From assembly GCA_025201805.1 (NCBI GenBank), contig MU619352.1, forward strand, positions 37,461-81,495: a stretch of 44,035 bases of DNA, given 5' to 3'. Below, one piece after another: positions 12,904-25,755 of the stretch (positions within the stretch are counted from its first letter, which is position 1; each line of letters opens with the position of its first letter). The notes under the pieces were generated by a model. The model worked only from the letters and a program-made list of their open reading frames with translations, did not search any database and was not told the DNA's origin. The stretch is from Parasitella parasitica NRRL 2501 (Eukaryota; Fungi; Mucoromycota). The position numbers and the translations under genes are program-made.

Positions 12904-15439
12904 ATGTGGGTTCTCTACCGTATCACTAGCAGCTCAGGAAGCACTTTAAAGCCTTTTTCAAGATTGAGACCAGATCAAAATTATGCCATCAAAATAAAAG
13001 GATCAAAAGGTAAATAAAAGAAATTCCCAAACCATAGCATATCAAGTTTAAAAAAAGCCAATGAAAACAAAAAAAAAAACAAAAAAAGATGAGCAAGGCA
13101 AAGTATTGTTTGGAGTGTCGTCAATTTCGAGTCAAGATGTGATAAATGCAAGGTCAAGGCCAGACTTGATCCTCCACAGATATAACCACAGTGTTGTAGT
13201 GGACGGTAAATTGCGAGATGAAGAGCAAATTCATTTACACGATCAGCAAATTTTACAGATTGGCAAGTGTCTTAGCTCGTTCAAGTAAGTTGAAATCGTG
13301 GCTATCTTGTAGCACACTGATAATAACATCATGCTACATCATTAGAGTCGTGTGGGAGCCAGTAATTATTTACCACGATAAGCATAGCGACCGAAGATAT
13401 CACGAAAAGCTGATCAATCAAGGACAGGAGATAGGCTTTCATGTGATAGATGCCGTCGATGGACAATTTAACAGACCAACACATTTTTGTGCATCGGACT
13501 ACATAAAAAACGACGAGCCATCAAACTATTTGTATCTTTCCTTGGCACTGAATAGTATCTATTTCATCAGAGATCAATGGGTGAATGAATTGTGCGACAC
13601 AGCTGATGCTCAGTTTGAACTGAAGGCATTCAATGACAGGATACAGGCTATAGAGGTGCACGACTTCAACTTTATTGGACAAATAGCTGTCTTTGGGCCA
13701 GACGAAAGACGTAAAAAGCTATTCAATAAGATGGAATTTTGGTTTTTCAATCAGCAGCAGGTATATGCAAAAACGGAGCGGAAAATCACCACCTTGAACT
13801 AATATATCCAAAGCTCAAGGATAGCGAGAAATTAATCAAATTAGTAGGAGGAAAGTGTGCCTTGAAGACATTTCAGCAAGTTATGGATTCGCCTGTTCCT
13901 ACAGAATCTCTGTTCATAACACCTCCAGATGCAGACAACTTGCCAGGCTGGTATCAAGTCCTCGATAAGTTTTGCGATGCAATGGAGGTAAATAGAACCG
14001 TGCAGTCGCAAGAGATCAAATATGCTATCCTCTTTGCTTCAACCAATCAAATGTGCAACCCTGCTGCTCCCATAGACAACTTTCTTCACCAAGATAGTGC
14101 CCTATATGCTTCGTTTCAGAGTGGATCCTATCGCGCTTCTAGTTCTGTCAAATTGGAGGCGCTAGACGCAACTTTGCCAGTGACTTATCCGCAAGACGAT
14201 CTCGAATATCAGCATTCCCAACGCAACGAAGACGAGGACGATGATGTAATTGAAGTAAAGCCTGAGCTATTATCCACCCAGGAACTAAGCATGCAAATGG
14301 AACAAGATAACGAGGAAGAACCATATCAAGAGGTACATTTACAACACAAATCAACTATTGAAAAGAGGTCCACAGAAGATGAAGAAATGGAGGGTGCCCT
14401 AGAATCCACCGTTGATAGAACAGATACACCAATACCACCACAACCATTGTCACCGGAACTAGCATCATCACGGCTAATGGAACATCACAGTGACGGAACA
14501 CCAGCAGTAGCATCACCTCAAAATGGCAATCCTTTGGCAGCAAACGAAGAGGAAGAGGAAGAGGAAGAGGAAGAGGAATCCGTTTCTGCAGTATCACCAG
14601 CAATGTCATCAGCAAAAGCCAACAATGAAGCCGAAGATGATTTTGAACGTGTTACCGCAGATTCTCCAGTAATGTCAATGGAGTTGCTGGACATGGATGC
14701 ATTCTTGGGTGATCCTTTCGAAAACTTGAGCTCCCAAAAGCAAAAAGCAAGGGAAGCGAAATTACAGCAAGAAAAAGAATACAAGGAGAAAAAGAAACAG
14801 GAAGAATTGAGATACCAGCAAGAAGCTTCTAGAAATAAAGAAATTCAAGAGCAAGTGCTTATAGAGCGAGAACGATACGAGTTAGAATTGCAGCAAAGGA
14901 TTCAAGCACAAGCATCTCGTTCTGCGGATGACGATATAGTTATGGAATCAATTGAAAACAACGAAGACGAATCTCCACAAGAATTAGATACACATTTTCA
15001 AGAAACAGAACCAGCAAACACAAACACTGGTGCTGGCGTTAGTGGAATCGATCCTATGAACGATACCAGTATTGTTAAAATAACAGAGCCTGACCCAAAT
15101 CGAGGCAGGTATTCTAGAATCATTTACAAGGATTTAGAAGTAAATCCTCCACCTCCTATGCCCGCAACAGGGATGGTCAATTATAAGAAATTTAAAAAAG
15201 TGAAACAGTTTGAGAATTATAGCAGTTTTGAGCTGAGCCAAGTCTCTGATCCGCCACCAGTGCCATCCTCCCAAAACAATAGACGCAGAGGAAGAGGTAT
15301 GTACATGTGCAATTGTTTTCGCGTGCATATATAACTCATGTTTATTTTCAAAGAAATGTTTCTGGACACTGACCCTGGGATGGCTGTTCCTGAGGATCCA
15401 GATATTGCCATCAGAGTTAATCGTCGCCGTTATCGCTAA
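12904..15439 (+). CDS. NBS1: Nibrin/Nbs1 (MRN complex): FHA-BRCT N-terminus, acidic linker, Mre11-binding motif
   Basis: Exons 12904-13009, 13089-13284, 13346-13760, 13814-15296, 15354-15439 join in frame. MW start, FKVVWEPVII FHA-BRCT junction, VNYKKFKK Mre11-binding motif, acidic-then-basic C-tail (EDPDIAIRVNRRRYR). Confidence 0.8.
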
Positions 15440-16945
15440 CCCGCCATAGTTCTCACAGCCTTTCTCTTTCGCTTATATTTACATTTCTTGCACATACATG
15501 TACCATCTTCTCTGTCTGTTTCTGAATCAGTTGAACTAACGATAATAAATTTTCTTTTTTTTGCATTCAAATCAGTGCGGTTGTCAGTCTCGCTGCCACT
15601 GCTACTGCTGGATGTGCTGCTGGACGTTGAACTGCTGCCGCTGCTGGGCGGTAACTGGGGTATATACTTTGCCACATCCAAAGATCTGGCAACATTAGCG
15701 TACATTTCTGGCTGGTACTTTGCCAGCTTCTGTATTTCCTTGAACAGCTTCTGGCCTAATTTTGGTCTGCTGTTTCTTGTGGACAGATAGACGTATTCTG
15801 CATTTGTCGACGAGCAAAAGTTTTGTGTCACAGCAGCTGTCAAATCCAAATTTATAACCACATGAGCCCATCCGCCGGGTACAAAGATGGTTTCTCCCGG
15901 TTTCTGTAATACTTCAACCATGCCCAATTTCTCTCCTAACGTTTTTCCATTGTCTAGACGTCTCTTGAACCTAGGGTACACTTGGTCAAACCAAGACACT
16001 CCTTCGTGGTCGTAAGGCTTCATAGGCGGGTCGTATAGCTCTTTGGGCGTGTTGGCAGGAAATAAGCACCATCTTTTGTGCCCTTTTACTAATGCATTCC
16101 AAGCTGACGTACCGAGCGGATCTATATGAATACTACCATAGACGCATCCGTTTAGCAAATATGCACTTTGGGTAGCTTAAACCATATATGCAATACATAC
16201 CCTGTTCCGCTACGAGCCCCACCGATGACAAGCCATCTATACGGAGGTCTTCTTCCGCCAGTCAATTTGAACAAATCCTCCTCAAAGTATTCTGGTACTT
16301 TGTAATCGTCTAGTAACGAGTTGTTGTTTTTGGATCTGGATGACTTATAGAATCCGCTGTCAAATATGTATAGGGGCGAGTCATCCTTGAGCCCATCATG
16401 ACGGGAATAGTGGAGAAAGTGCTTCATTTTCATGAACACGTTCTTGTTGTCATCGTCATCTCCTACTTTGAACAGATGAGATCCATAGTTTTTCAGCAGG
16501 TACTAGGTGTATATACATGCAGCGTGAATATGAGGGTTTCAATGTCTTGGTCTGAATATATATGGGATATACCTCCTCTGTCCAATGTTTGTGGGCCTTC
16601 CAGTGATCAGTGGCATGGGTGATCATGACTGGTATATTCCTTGCTTCGTATTTCTCGACAAACTCTGCTTTGGAAGTGTGTCTGTAATCGATCCGCTTTA
16701 GTGTGTCGACAAAGGAATCGATCCAGTAGTCATTATCGTGGAACTTCCATTTCTGCCAGCTGAATAGATCGAGTTCTATAAGCAAACAAACATAAACATA
16801 CGGCGAATCCAATGACCAGATTTGCCTACCTACCCGATCGACATTTGTGCTTTATCCGGTTGATTTTTGCATCGTATTTAGTGCTTTTGGGTTGCTTGTG
16901 CCTTTTCTGCTCTGATCTTTGTGCTGATACCGATTTGGATACCAT
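15436..16945 (-). CDS. JMJD6: JmjC 2-oxoglutarate dioxygenase, JMJD6/PSR family
   Basis: [73 protein letters not shown] (HxD...H triad). C-terminal poly-Ser and basic NLS. Four exons from ATG at 16945. Confidence 0.92.
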
Positions 16946-17398
16946 TGTTCGAGTGTATGTTTATTAAAAGAAAAAAGGGTTTTTTTTTTTTTTTTTTTTT
17001 TTTTTGACTGGCTTTTGAATATGCTGGTATTTGACATTTCGCATGGAGGCATCCAAGATACTGTACCATGAACTAAGACAGGATCTGTCCCGTCTGATAT
17101 GCATGAGCCATATCCACACGTGTTTTGCAATTGCTCAATTTGTTTACAGACCAAGCTACACCTGTCTCAGATGGGCCTGCCGTCAAGTGCATTGGACCAT
17201 CGTATTCACGCATCGTTTGAGTTGGACGACCCTGTTATTCATCCGATAAATGGTATAATACAAACTTACCAATGCCTGTGCGTAAAATTATTTTATTTCA
17301 AGCCAAAAGTATGATCCGTGTCAATCGCCACTTTTTCCTCGCCTATTTTATGCCAATTCTTCTGATCGAGTTGAAATTTTCCAAATCATTAGAAAACC

Positions 17399-17950
17399 AT
17401 GGCAGAATTACCTACTACTACTACTACTACTACTACTAACAGTAACGAGACGCCTTTGCTGATACCATCGGACATCGCCACTACTCAAGAACCTATCGAG
17501 CCCGATTTAAACAACCCATATGCGTACGCTGGTAATCCCGTACAGACCACACAGTCAGAACCAAAAGACATTCCACTGAACGGTAAAGATATTGCCGCAA
17601 CATTCAATAACTCATCCGGTTCATTAGATCCTGAACTGTTGAAGCTAAACAGCGCAGTATGGAGGCGAGCTGGACAGCTTCAGTCAGCCATAGGATCACT
17701 TGCAGGCCTCGAGAGTTGGCAAACCTCTGGCGAGCAGAAAAAAGAGCATGCAGAGAGGGAGCACAAAGAGGCGCAGAATAGGTTACAGCAGGGAGAGGCC
17801 AGTAGACTTCATGGCGAGTACGAGCGGTTGATGGGATACGTCACATATGCGATAGGACATGTTGCTGGTGATCCTGAAATGCAATCAAAAGCCAGTGAGC
17901 GGACAGACAATGGCACAGCTGAGATTGATAAAAGCAGAGGAAGGCATTGA
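17399..17950 (+). CDS. Small CsbD/Hmp1-like stress-related protein
   Basis: Intronless 183-aa ORF with two CsbD-like units (GQLQSAIGSLAGLESWQTSGEQKK; GYVTYAIGHVAGDPEMQSKA). N-terminal poly-Thr from an (ACT)n microsatellite. Confidence 0.55.
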   Translation: MAELPTTTTTTTTNSNETPLLIPSDIATTQEPIEPDLNNPYAYAGNPVQTTQSEPKDIPLNGKDIAATFNNSSGSLDPELLKLNSAVWRRAGQLQSAIGSLAGLESWQTSGEQKKEHAEREHKEAQNRLQQGEASRLHGEYERLMGYVTYAIGHVAGDPEMQSKASERTDNGTAEIDKSRGRH

Positions 17951-18088
17951 AAAAGAACATCTGGTTGTGTAATGCACATTTGAAGTTTTGATTTGACAAC
18001 AGCTAGAAGGGCCATCTATTTTATTTTTTTAATCTCATCTCTTTTTTTTTTTTTTCCCTTTTCGTTGTTGTACATCAATAAAAAAGAA

Positions 18089-21000
18089 ATGGGTAGCTGT
18101 TAGATGATGCTCTGTCAAAGTCGTTAAACTAACCAACCGTTAGATACTTTTGAATACCTTGGAAAGACCCTGAAGGAACGAATCATGTTCCTAGACGGCG
18201 CCATGGGTACGATGGTGCAGAGGCTGAAGCTTGAAGAATCCCATTTCAGAGGTAAGATTTTTGCATGGCACAACAGATAGTTTCTATATATACTGTATGC
18301 CAATCTGTGAGCTATATATAGGCGAGGAGTTTCTGCATTGGGGCAAAGATTTGAGGGGCAACAATGATTTACTGACCCTCACTTTACCCGACGCTATTTA
18401 TGGCATCCATCGTCAATATCTCGAAGCCGGCGCAGATATGATTGAAACCAACACTTTCAGTTCTACGTCCATCGCTCAATTGGATTATGCTCTGGAGAAC
18501 TACGCCTACCGTCTCAACAAAGAAGGCGCTGCACTAGCTAAACGAGCCTGTCAAGATGTAAGGAACAGACACAAAGACTGGCTTGATTTCTATTGACTCA
18601 TCCTCCATCCAATTAGGTTACCAGAGAAACAGGCATCCGTCGCTTTGTATGTGGCGCTATTGGCCCTACCAATCGAACCTGCTCAATTTCCCCTTCAGTC
18701 GAGAATCCTGCTTTCAGAAACGTTACATTTGATGAACTTGTAACTGCGTATGCTGAGCAAGTGCGTGGTTTGTTGGACGGCGGCGCTGATATTTTGCTGG
18801 TCGAAACCATTTTTGATACATTGAATGCCAAGGCTGCACTTTTCGCCATTGATGTGGTGTTTGAGGAAGACAAGTGAGCATTTTATCTTGGGAGTGTTTG
18901 TTTTGCAAATCCTGACATTTTAAATAGCCGCCCCAAGGTTCCCATCTTTATCTCAGGTACAATTGTAGATCAAAGTGGCCGCACTCTTTCAGGTCAAACT
19001 GGCGAAGCTTTTGTTACATCTCTTAACCATGCTAAGCCTGTTGCATTTGGTTTAAACTGTGCTCTGGGTGCCGATCAAATGAAGCCTTTTGTTCAAAATA
19101 TAAGTAGATTTACTGATGCTCACATTATCTGCTATCCAAATGCTGTAAGTGCAACATAACATGATGCTATACAAAAGCTGGGATATCGACCTTGTAAATA
19201 GGGTTTACCAAATGCTATGGGTGAATACGATGAAAGCCCTGAAGCCATGGCCAAGAATGTTGAGCCTTTTGCAAAGGAAGGTCTAGTAACAATTGTTGGT
19301 GGTTGTTGTGGTACAACGCCAGATCATATCAAGGTATGTCAAGCTGAGCTGTGTTTAACGCCCTTACTTACACACGACAATATCCATTGCAGGCTGTTGC
19401 CGATATCTGCAGAAAATACAAACCTCGTCCCAAGCCCGAAGACAAGTCCAAAGTCATGCTGCTATCAGGCCTCGAAGTTCTTCGTGTTGACAAGACCACT
19501 GGTTTTGTAAATGTTGGTGAACGCTGCAATGTGGCGGGCTCGAGAAAGTTCTGCAGACATATTTTGAAGGGTGAGTACGAAGAAGCGTTGGCCATTGCTA
19601 GATCTCAAGTCGAAAACGGCGCCCAAGTGGTTGATGTCAATTTCGATGAAGGTCTATTAGATGGTAAAGCTGCCATGACCAAATTCCTCAACATGCTGGC
19701 TTCTGATCCCGACTGCTCTCGCGTTCCCTTGATGGTGGATTCCTCAAACTTTGCTGTCATTGAAGCAGGACTTCGCTGTGCTCAAGGTAAATGTATCGTC
19801 AACTCTATTTCCTTGAAGGAAGGTGAAGAGGAATTCATCAAGAAGGCCAAAATCATCAAGCGTTTCGGTGCTGCCGTTGTTGTTATGGCCTTTGACGAAG
19901 TTGGACAAGCAGCTGAAGCTGAGCGTAAGGTCGAAATCTGTACTCGCTCATACAACGTCCTTGTAGACAAGGTCGGATTCAACCCCTACGATATCATTTT
20001 TGACCCCAACATTCTTACTATTGCTACTGGAATGGAGGAACACAACAACTATGCCGTCGAATTCATCAATGCTTGCAAAGCCATCAAAGAAACGCTCCCT
20101 GGAGCCAAGATTAGTGGTGGTGTTTCCAATTTATCCTTTGCTTTCCGTGGTATGGACAAGGTGCGTGAAGCAATGCATTCTGTATTTTTGTACCACGCCA
20201 CGCAAGTTGGCATGGATATGGGCATTGTCAATGCTGGTTTCTTGACCGTCTACAGCGATATCCCTAAAGACCTGCTTCAACTCTGCGAGGATGCCGTTTG
20301 GAATCGTGATCCTGAAGTTACAGACAAGCTGCTAAAGTACGCGAGCGAGCATTCTAAAGATGCAAAGAAGGACGAGGATCTGGAGGAATGGAGAGCTTGG
20401 CCAGTGACTGAACGTATTAGCCATGCTTTGGTTAAAGGAATTATGAAGTACATTGTTGAAGACACAGAAGAAGCTCGTCTGGACAAATCGAAATACCCTC
20501 GTTCTCTCAATGTCATTGAAGGTCCTTTGATGGCTGGCATGAACATTGTTGGCGATTTGTTTGGTAAGGGGAAAATGTTCTTGCCTCAGGTGATCCGATC
20601 TGCTCGTGTCATGAAGAAGGCAGTTGCGCATTTGGTGGAATACATCAAGCTTGAAAAAGAAGCCGATGCTGAGGATACGGAAGTAAAGGGCAATGGTACT
20701 ATCATCATGGCCACAGTCAAGGGTGATGTTCACGATATTGGTAAGAACATTTGCGGTGTTGTTCTAGGTTGCAACAATTACAATGTCATTGATATGGGCG
20801 TCATGGTTCCTTGCGATAAAATCATCAAAGCCGCCATCGAAGAGAAGGCTGATATTATCGGGCTCTCTGGTCTCATCACGCCTTCTTTGGAAGAAATGGT
20901 TATTGTAGCCAAGGAATGCCAAAAAGCTGGTCTCAAGCTCCCTATCCTCATTGGCGGTGCCACTACCAGCAAGATGCATACAGCTGTCAAGATTGCTCCT

Positions 21001-22161
21001 CAGTACTCTTCGCCTGTCGTCTACGTTTTGGATGCATCCCGAAGTGTCCCTGTTGTCGCTAGCCTGTTGGACAAGAACATGAGGGAAGAATTCGCCGAGG
21101 ATATCCGTGATGAATACGACGAAATGCGTGAGGAATATTACGAAGGTCTTGAAGAGCGCCATCTTTTATCGTTGCAGGCTGCCAGAGACAAAAAGCTCGA
21201 GATTGACTGGGTCCAAAGCCCTCCTCCTGCTAAACCCACCTTTTTAGGAGAGAAAATTTACGATAGTTATCCTCTTGAGAAGCTTGTTGAGCATATTGAT
21301 TGGAATCCATTCTTCCAAGTCTTCCAGCTTCGCGGCCGTTATCCCAATAGAGGTTTCCCCAAGATCTTTGACGATGAGCATGTGGGTGAAGAGGCCAAAA
21401 GACTGTACAAGGATGCAAAGGAAATGCTCGACATGATCATCTCTAAAAAGTTGCTTACAGCTCGTGGCATCGTAGGCTTCTATCCTGCACACTCTGTTGG
21501 TGATGATATTGAAATCTACACTGACGAGTCGTGCGAACAAGTGGCTGCTGTGTATTATGGCCTTCGTCAACAAGTGGAAAAGGAGACTGACGAGCCATAT
21601 TATTGTTTGTCTGATTTCGTTTCGCCCAAGGAATCCAACGTTCCCGACTATCTCGGTATGTTTGCTGTAAGCACGGGTTTTGGTTGCGAAAAATTAGTTG
21701 CCCAGTATGAAGCCGATGGTGATGACTACAACAGCATTATGGCTAAGGCCATTGCTGATCGTCTCGCTGAGGCATTTGCTGAAGCCCTTCATGAGCAGGT
21801 GCGAAGAAAGGACTGGGGTTATGCTTCAGACGAGACGTTGTCAGCTGCTGATCTTTTTGCTGTTCGCTACCAAGGCATTCGTCCTGCTCCTGGTTACCCC
21901 TCTCAACCTGATCACACTGAAAAGAAGACTATGTGGGATTTGGGCAAGATTGCTGAAAAGACTGGCATCACATTGACGGAATCTCTTGCTATGGATCCCC
22001 CAGCCAGTGTCAGTGGCTTGATCTTTGGCCATGAACAAAGTAAATACTTTGCTGTCGGCAAGGTTGAAAAGGATCAGATTGAAGACTATGCTGCTCGTAA
22101 GAATATGGATGTTAAAAGTGTTGAAAAGTGGTTGGGCACTATTCTTGCCTATGATAATTAG
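18089..22161 (+). CDS. metH: Cobalamin-dependent methionine synthase
   Basis: 4-nt first exon ATGG|gtagct, then DTFEY...[18 protein letters not shown] and GGCCGT Zn ligands, pterin-binding [12 protein letters not shown]12-binding [18 protein letters not shown], activation domain RPAPGYP. Seven exons; last exon ~19393-22161. Confidence 0.97.
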
Positions 22162-22362
22162 ATTTATAGATACTTTTTTTTTGTTTGCTCATACCAGAAT
22201 ATTTATTAATAAAACTGTTCAAGTGTTCATACATCTAAGAGGATAGCAAAGACCATTACAGACTAACGGTGGGTTTCTTTTAAATCAATGGGTGATTATA
22301 TTACACATTTTTATTGTTTCATCTATCTTTACAAATGCTCAAATGGCGGTTTCTTTTCTTGT

Positions 22363-22812
22363 CTACCAGGAATTAGCTTGTTCGATTTCTTCCAATTTCT
22401 TTGCATGCTTATTGACAACTTGTAAAATATTTCCAACCTTCATTTTGTCAGATTCTAAAGCTAGTTTTTCGCCATCGCCTACACAAAAAAAAAAAAGCGA
22501 GTGCATTTAATAATCGAGTCCTTGATAAGATGGCATCAAAACGTACGGTAGACTACTTGAATGCGAGAGGGCGCAACGGGATCAGATAATACATCTGTGG
22601 CAATTTTGATGGTCGGGTTCACTTTACGTGCACCGTTTGTATTGACATGGTTCAAAAATAACCTATTACATATGTCAATCTTTTGTTTCCACTTTGGCCG
22701 GGGTAATTATGACTGAATCCTTTTCTTTCTTTTCGATTTACCTTGAAGATTTAGAAGCAGCGTTGAAAGGTGATAATGCAACCTTGATTTCCGTAATTTG
22801 TTTCATAAACAT
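22363..22812 (-). CDS. MRPL44: Mitochondrial large ribosomal subunit protein mL53 (yeast MRPL44-like); absent from the ORF track
   Basis: Three small exons give MFMKQITEIKVALSPFNAASKSSR-LFLNHVNTNGARKVNPTIKIATDVLSDPVAPSRIQVVY-RDGEKLALESDKMKVGNILQVVNKHAKKLEEIEQANSW*, matching the mL53 pattern (V.FNPF...K..RLFL; VTY.D). Confidence 0.8.
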
Positions 22813-23348
22813 ATTGAGATCTATCAAGTTTGTTAGAAAAAAAAGAGATTTTTATATTCTCTAGTTAAAAAGCCCTTGCCGTTTGCCCTTAAAATGACGG
22901 CGGAGGAGTGTAAAATGAAATTCACCAGAGAAGCATTTCATTGATTGCTCAACAAAGTTATACAAAGCATCGCTACCTTTATCAATGTCTTTTATTGCTC
23001 ATAATGGTAGTAGACTTTTTCAGGATTGATCAAGTCAATAGCTGACGCTATAATTTACGGTTTTATTCAATTATATTCATTGATTGGAGCTACAAAAGAT
23101 CTCCCATATAGCCTCCTACCCAACTGTAAACAATAATTCCAGAATACCAACAAAAGGATAAAGTTGTAGAAAATGATTTATCTAAAAAGTTTATCGTATC
23201 TTGCGAAGATTTTTGTCATTTTGAAAGCTATCCACAGTTTTTTATATTTTACAGGTCTAAAAGATGACAAAAGTTGCAAATGGAACATTTTTTGGAACAA
23301 AATGTGCATTTGAGAGTGGACGCGCACCGTATGCATATCAATTTTGGT

Positions 23349-24613
23349 TTAAATAATTCTGCGAGAGAAAGGATGTTCAATGACACCATACTGAATATCC
23401 ATGATAGCTTCATTAATCTTTTTGGTTAGAGGTCCAGCTTCTGAATCAGGCTCATTAGGGTCTAAAGGAATATGTATGTCTTGGCCTTTGAACCCAATAC
23501 GCTTGATAGGGCTGACAATACAGGCAGTACCAGCACCAAACATTTCAATAACACGGCCCTCGTCAACAGCTTGCATGATATCTCCCATAGTAATCTTATC
23601 TTCGCAAACATGGATGTCAGTTTCAGCCTCCCACGACTTGACCAGTTCAATGACACTGTTACGAGTAACACCAGGTAAAATCAAACCATTGAGAGCGGGT
23701 GTAATAAGCTCACGGCGACCAGTGTCAGCGTTTTGCCAAAGCATGAAGAAGTTCATGGTACCAGCCTCAGTAACTTGATAATCATCACCAAACAACCACA
23801 AGTTTTGTTGATAACCTTCGTTAGCTGCAATAGATTGAGGCAAAACACAAGGAGCATAGTTACCACCAACCTTAGAGTCACCAGTACCATTGGGCCAGGC
23901 GCGAACGTAATCAGTAGATGCTAACAAACTGACAGCTTTGAAACCAGTGGAGAAATAAGGACCGACCGGACTGGCAATGACAAACAGGAGAGCTCTGTCA
24001 GGAGCACGAACACCAAGAGCAGATTGGGTTCCGATGATAGTTGGACGCAGATAAAGAGAATAGCCTCGCTTAGAAGGAATCCAGCGATCTTCAATACGAA
24101 GAAATTCAGTAATAACCTTGATCAATTCCTCTGGGTCGAATGTCTATTAATAATATATCCTGATTAAAAATGTGGACTAGGTCTACGCTGGCAAATTCCA
24201 CTGAAATACTTACAGGCATGCCCAAACGAGCTGAAGATCTGTTCAAACGAGCCATGTTCATATCAGGGCGGAAGAGCCTGACATGGCCTTCAGCGTCTCT
24301 ATAGGCCTTCATACCCTCAAAACACTGCAATACAGCACAATTAACCATCTAAATCATTTCCTATTTGAGAAATTCAATTTACCTCAAAGCCATAATGCAG
24401 GCAAACAGCACTAGGGTCTAATTCGAGCTTACCATAGGGCTTGACGCTAGGAGAAGCCCAACCATCTTGAGCTGTCCATTCAATGGAAATCATATGATCT
24501 GTGAAATGCTTGCCGAAAACTAACTCGTTTTCAGGGATCAAAGACTTTAATTGCTTGTTAGTTTGGATTTCAAGTTTCTGAGCATCGAAAGTTTCAAAGG
24601 TAGTGCCAACCAT
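23349..24613 (-). CDS. Branched-chain amino acid aminotransferase (class IV PLP)
   Basis: [17 protein letters not shown]|[19 protein letters not shown], catalytic SKVGGNY, EAGTMN, LPGVTR, GAGTA. Three exons; no evident mitochondrial presequence. Confidence 0.95.
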
Positions 24614-25755
24614 ATGGAAAAATTGGGGGGGGGGGGTTTTTTTTTGACAAGTAGACGGAAGAATTGTGAAAAATAGGATATTCAATTTGTATTTATATGT
24701 GCAACTGAAAACAGGCCCGAATTTCGGAAGGCCAATGAATAGTTATAATGGAGATGATGTAGTGTCTTGGATTGTTAATTGTTAACAAAAACATAGCATA
24801 TAAAATGATCGAAAATAATGCTCTAGCTTACAATTGAACTAATCATGTTTTTATATTTCTATGAGCTTGCTTGCTGGTCAAATGTGCTTCATAACTTGAC
24901 ATTCTGGCTATCCGTAAACGTCGTCGTATCTTGAAAACAGTCTTCCGAAATTTTATCGAAGATTAAACATGCGAACCTTCAATACATTTATCTTCATTTG
25001 AATTCTGAATATGCAGATACATTTTTATCAAAATAAAAAGAGTACTTTTTCATTTAATTCTTAATATATGAAAGAGCTTTCAATATAATTAAGATGAAGA
25101 TCTTATATTAAATTGTTTGGTTGCGCTTACATACTTTTCTTCATCATGGAATCAAGCATTAGACGATTTTTCAGTTATGACAGAGTTTGAATACATTCAG
25201 GTAATTGACGCAGTTTTAATTAGAATTGATTTCCATTTTAGGTAAAATATAATGTTATTCTATTGGCTCAAAAATTTTAGCATTACAGAAATTGTTATAC
25301 ACGCACTGTTCTCGATTCAAATCAAATCAGCATCAGCAGCGACCTACGAATGCCAACGATGGGAAGATATAGTAAAATCCCTGATTGAATTTTTACATGA
25401 TAGTCTTCAAAAAATACTGTATATCAAAGTATAATACTTTTTGGTGCTTTATACTCTGAAGTTTCTTTTTTTTTTTGAGAACATGTTGAAACCAGAGTCA
25501 CCCAAAGATTTCACTGGTCAACTTCTGGAAACACGCAACTAAAGAGGTGCTGAGGGGTAGGACAGTGGTGGGGGGGGGGGAGAGCATCATGTCATCTCAG
25601 ACCTAAAAATAAAGGAGGATTGCGCACAACAAAATGAGATTGGTTCACATTGTTTTATATAGTTTGGAAATCTCTTTTTTTTTTCTTTCTTCCTTTTCAT
25701 TTTTGTTCTTCATTTTCCATTCAGATACCTCTTTACCTTTATATTCTTTTGTTTA

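Noticed and set aside
17950-18090. Cobalamin riboswitch upstream of metH
   Set aside because: Short AT-rich spacer with no B12-box or structured GC stems.
19368-22246. Many short antisense and alternate-frame ORFs over metH, BCAT, NBS1 and the coiled-coil gene
   Set aside because: Shadow ORFs caused by codon bias, with no motifs.
25550-25585. G-rich run suggesting a G-quadruplex (also ~24626-24636)
   Set aside because: Essentially a single homopolymer run; no function can be supported from sequence alone.
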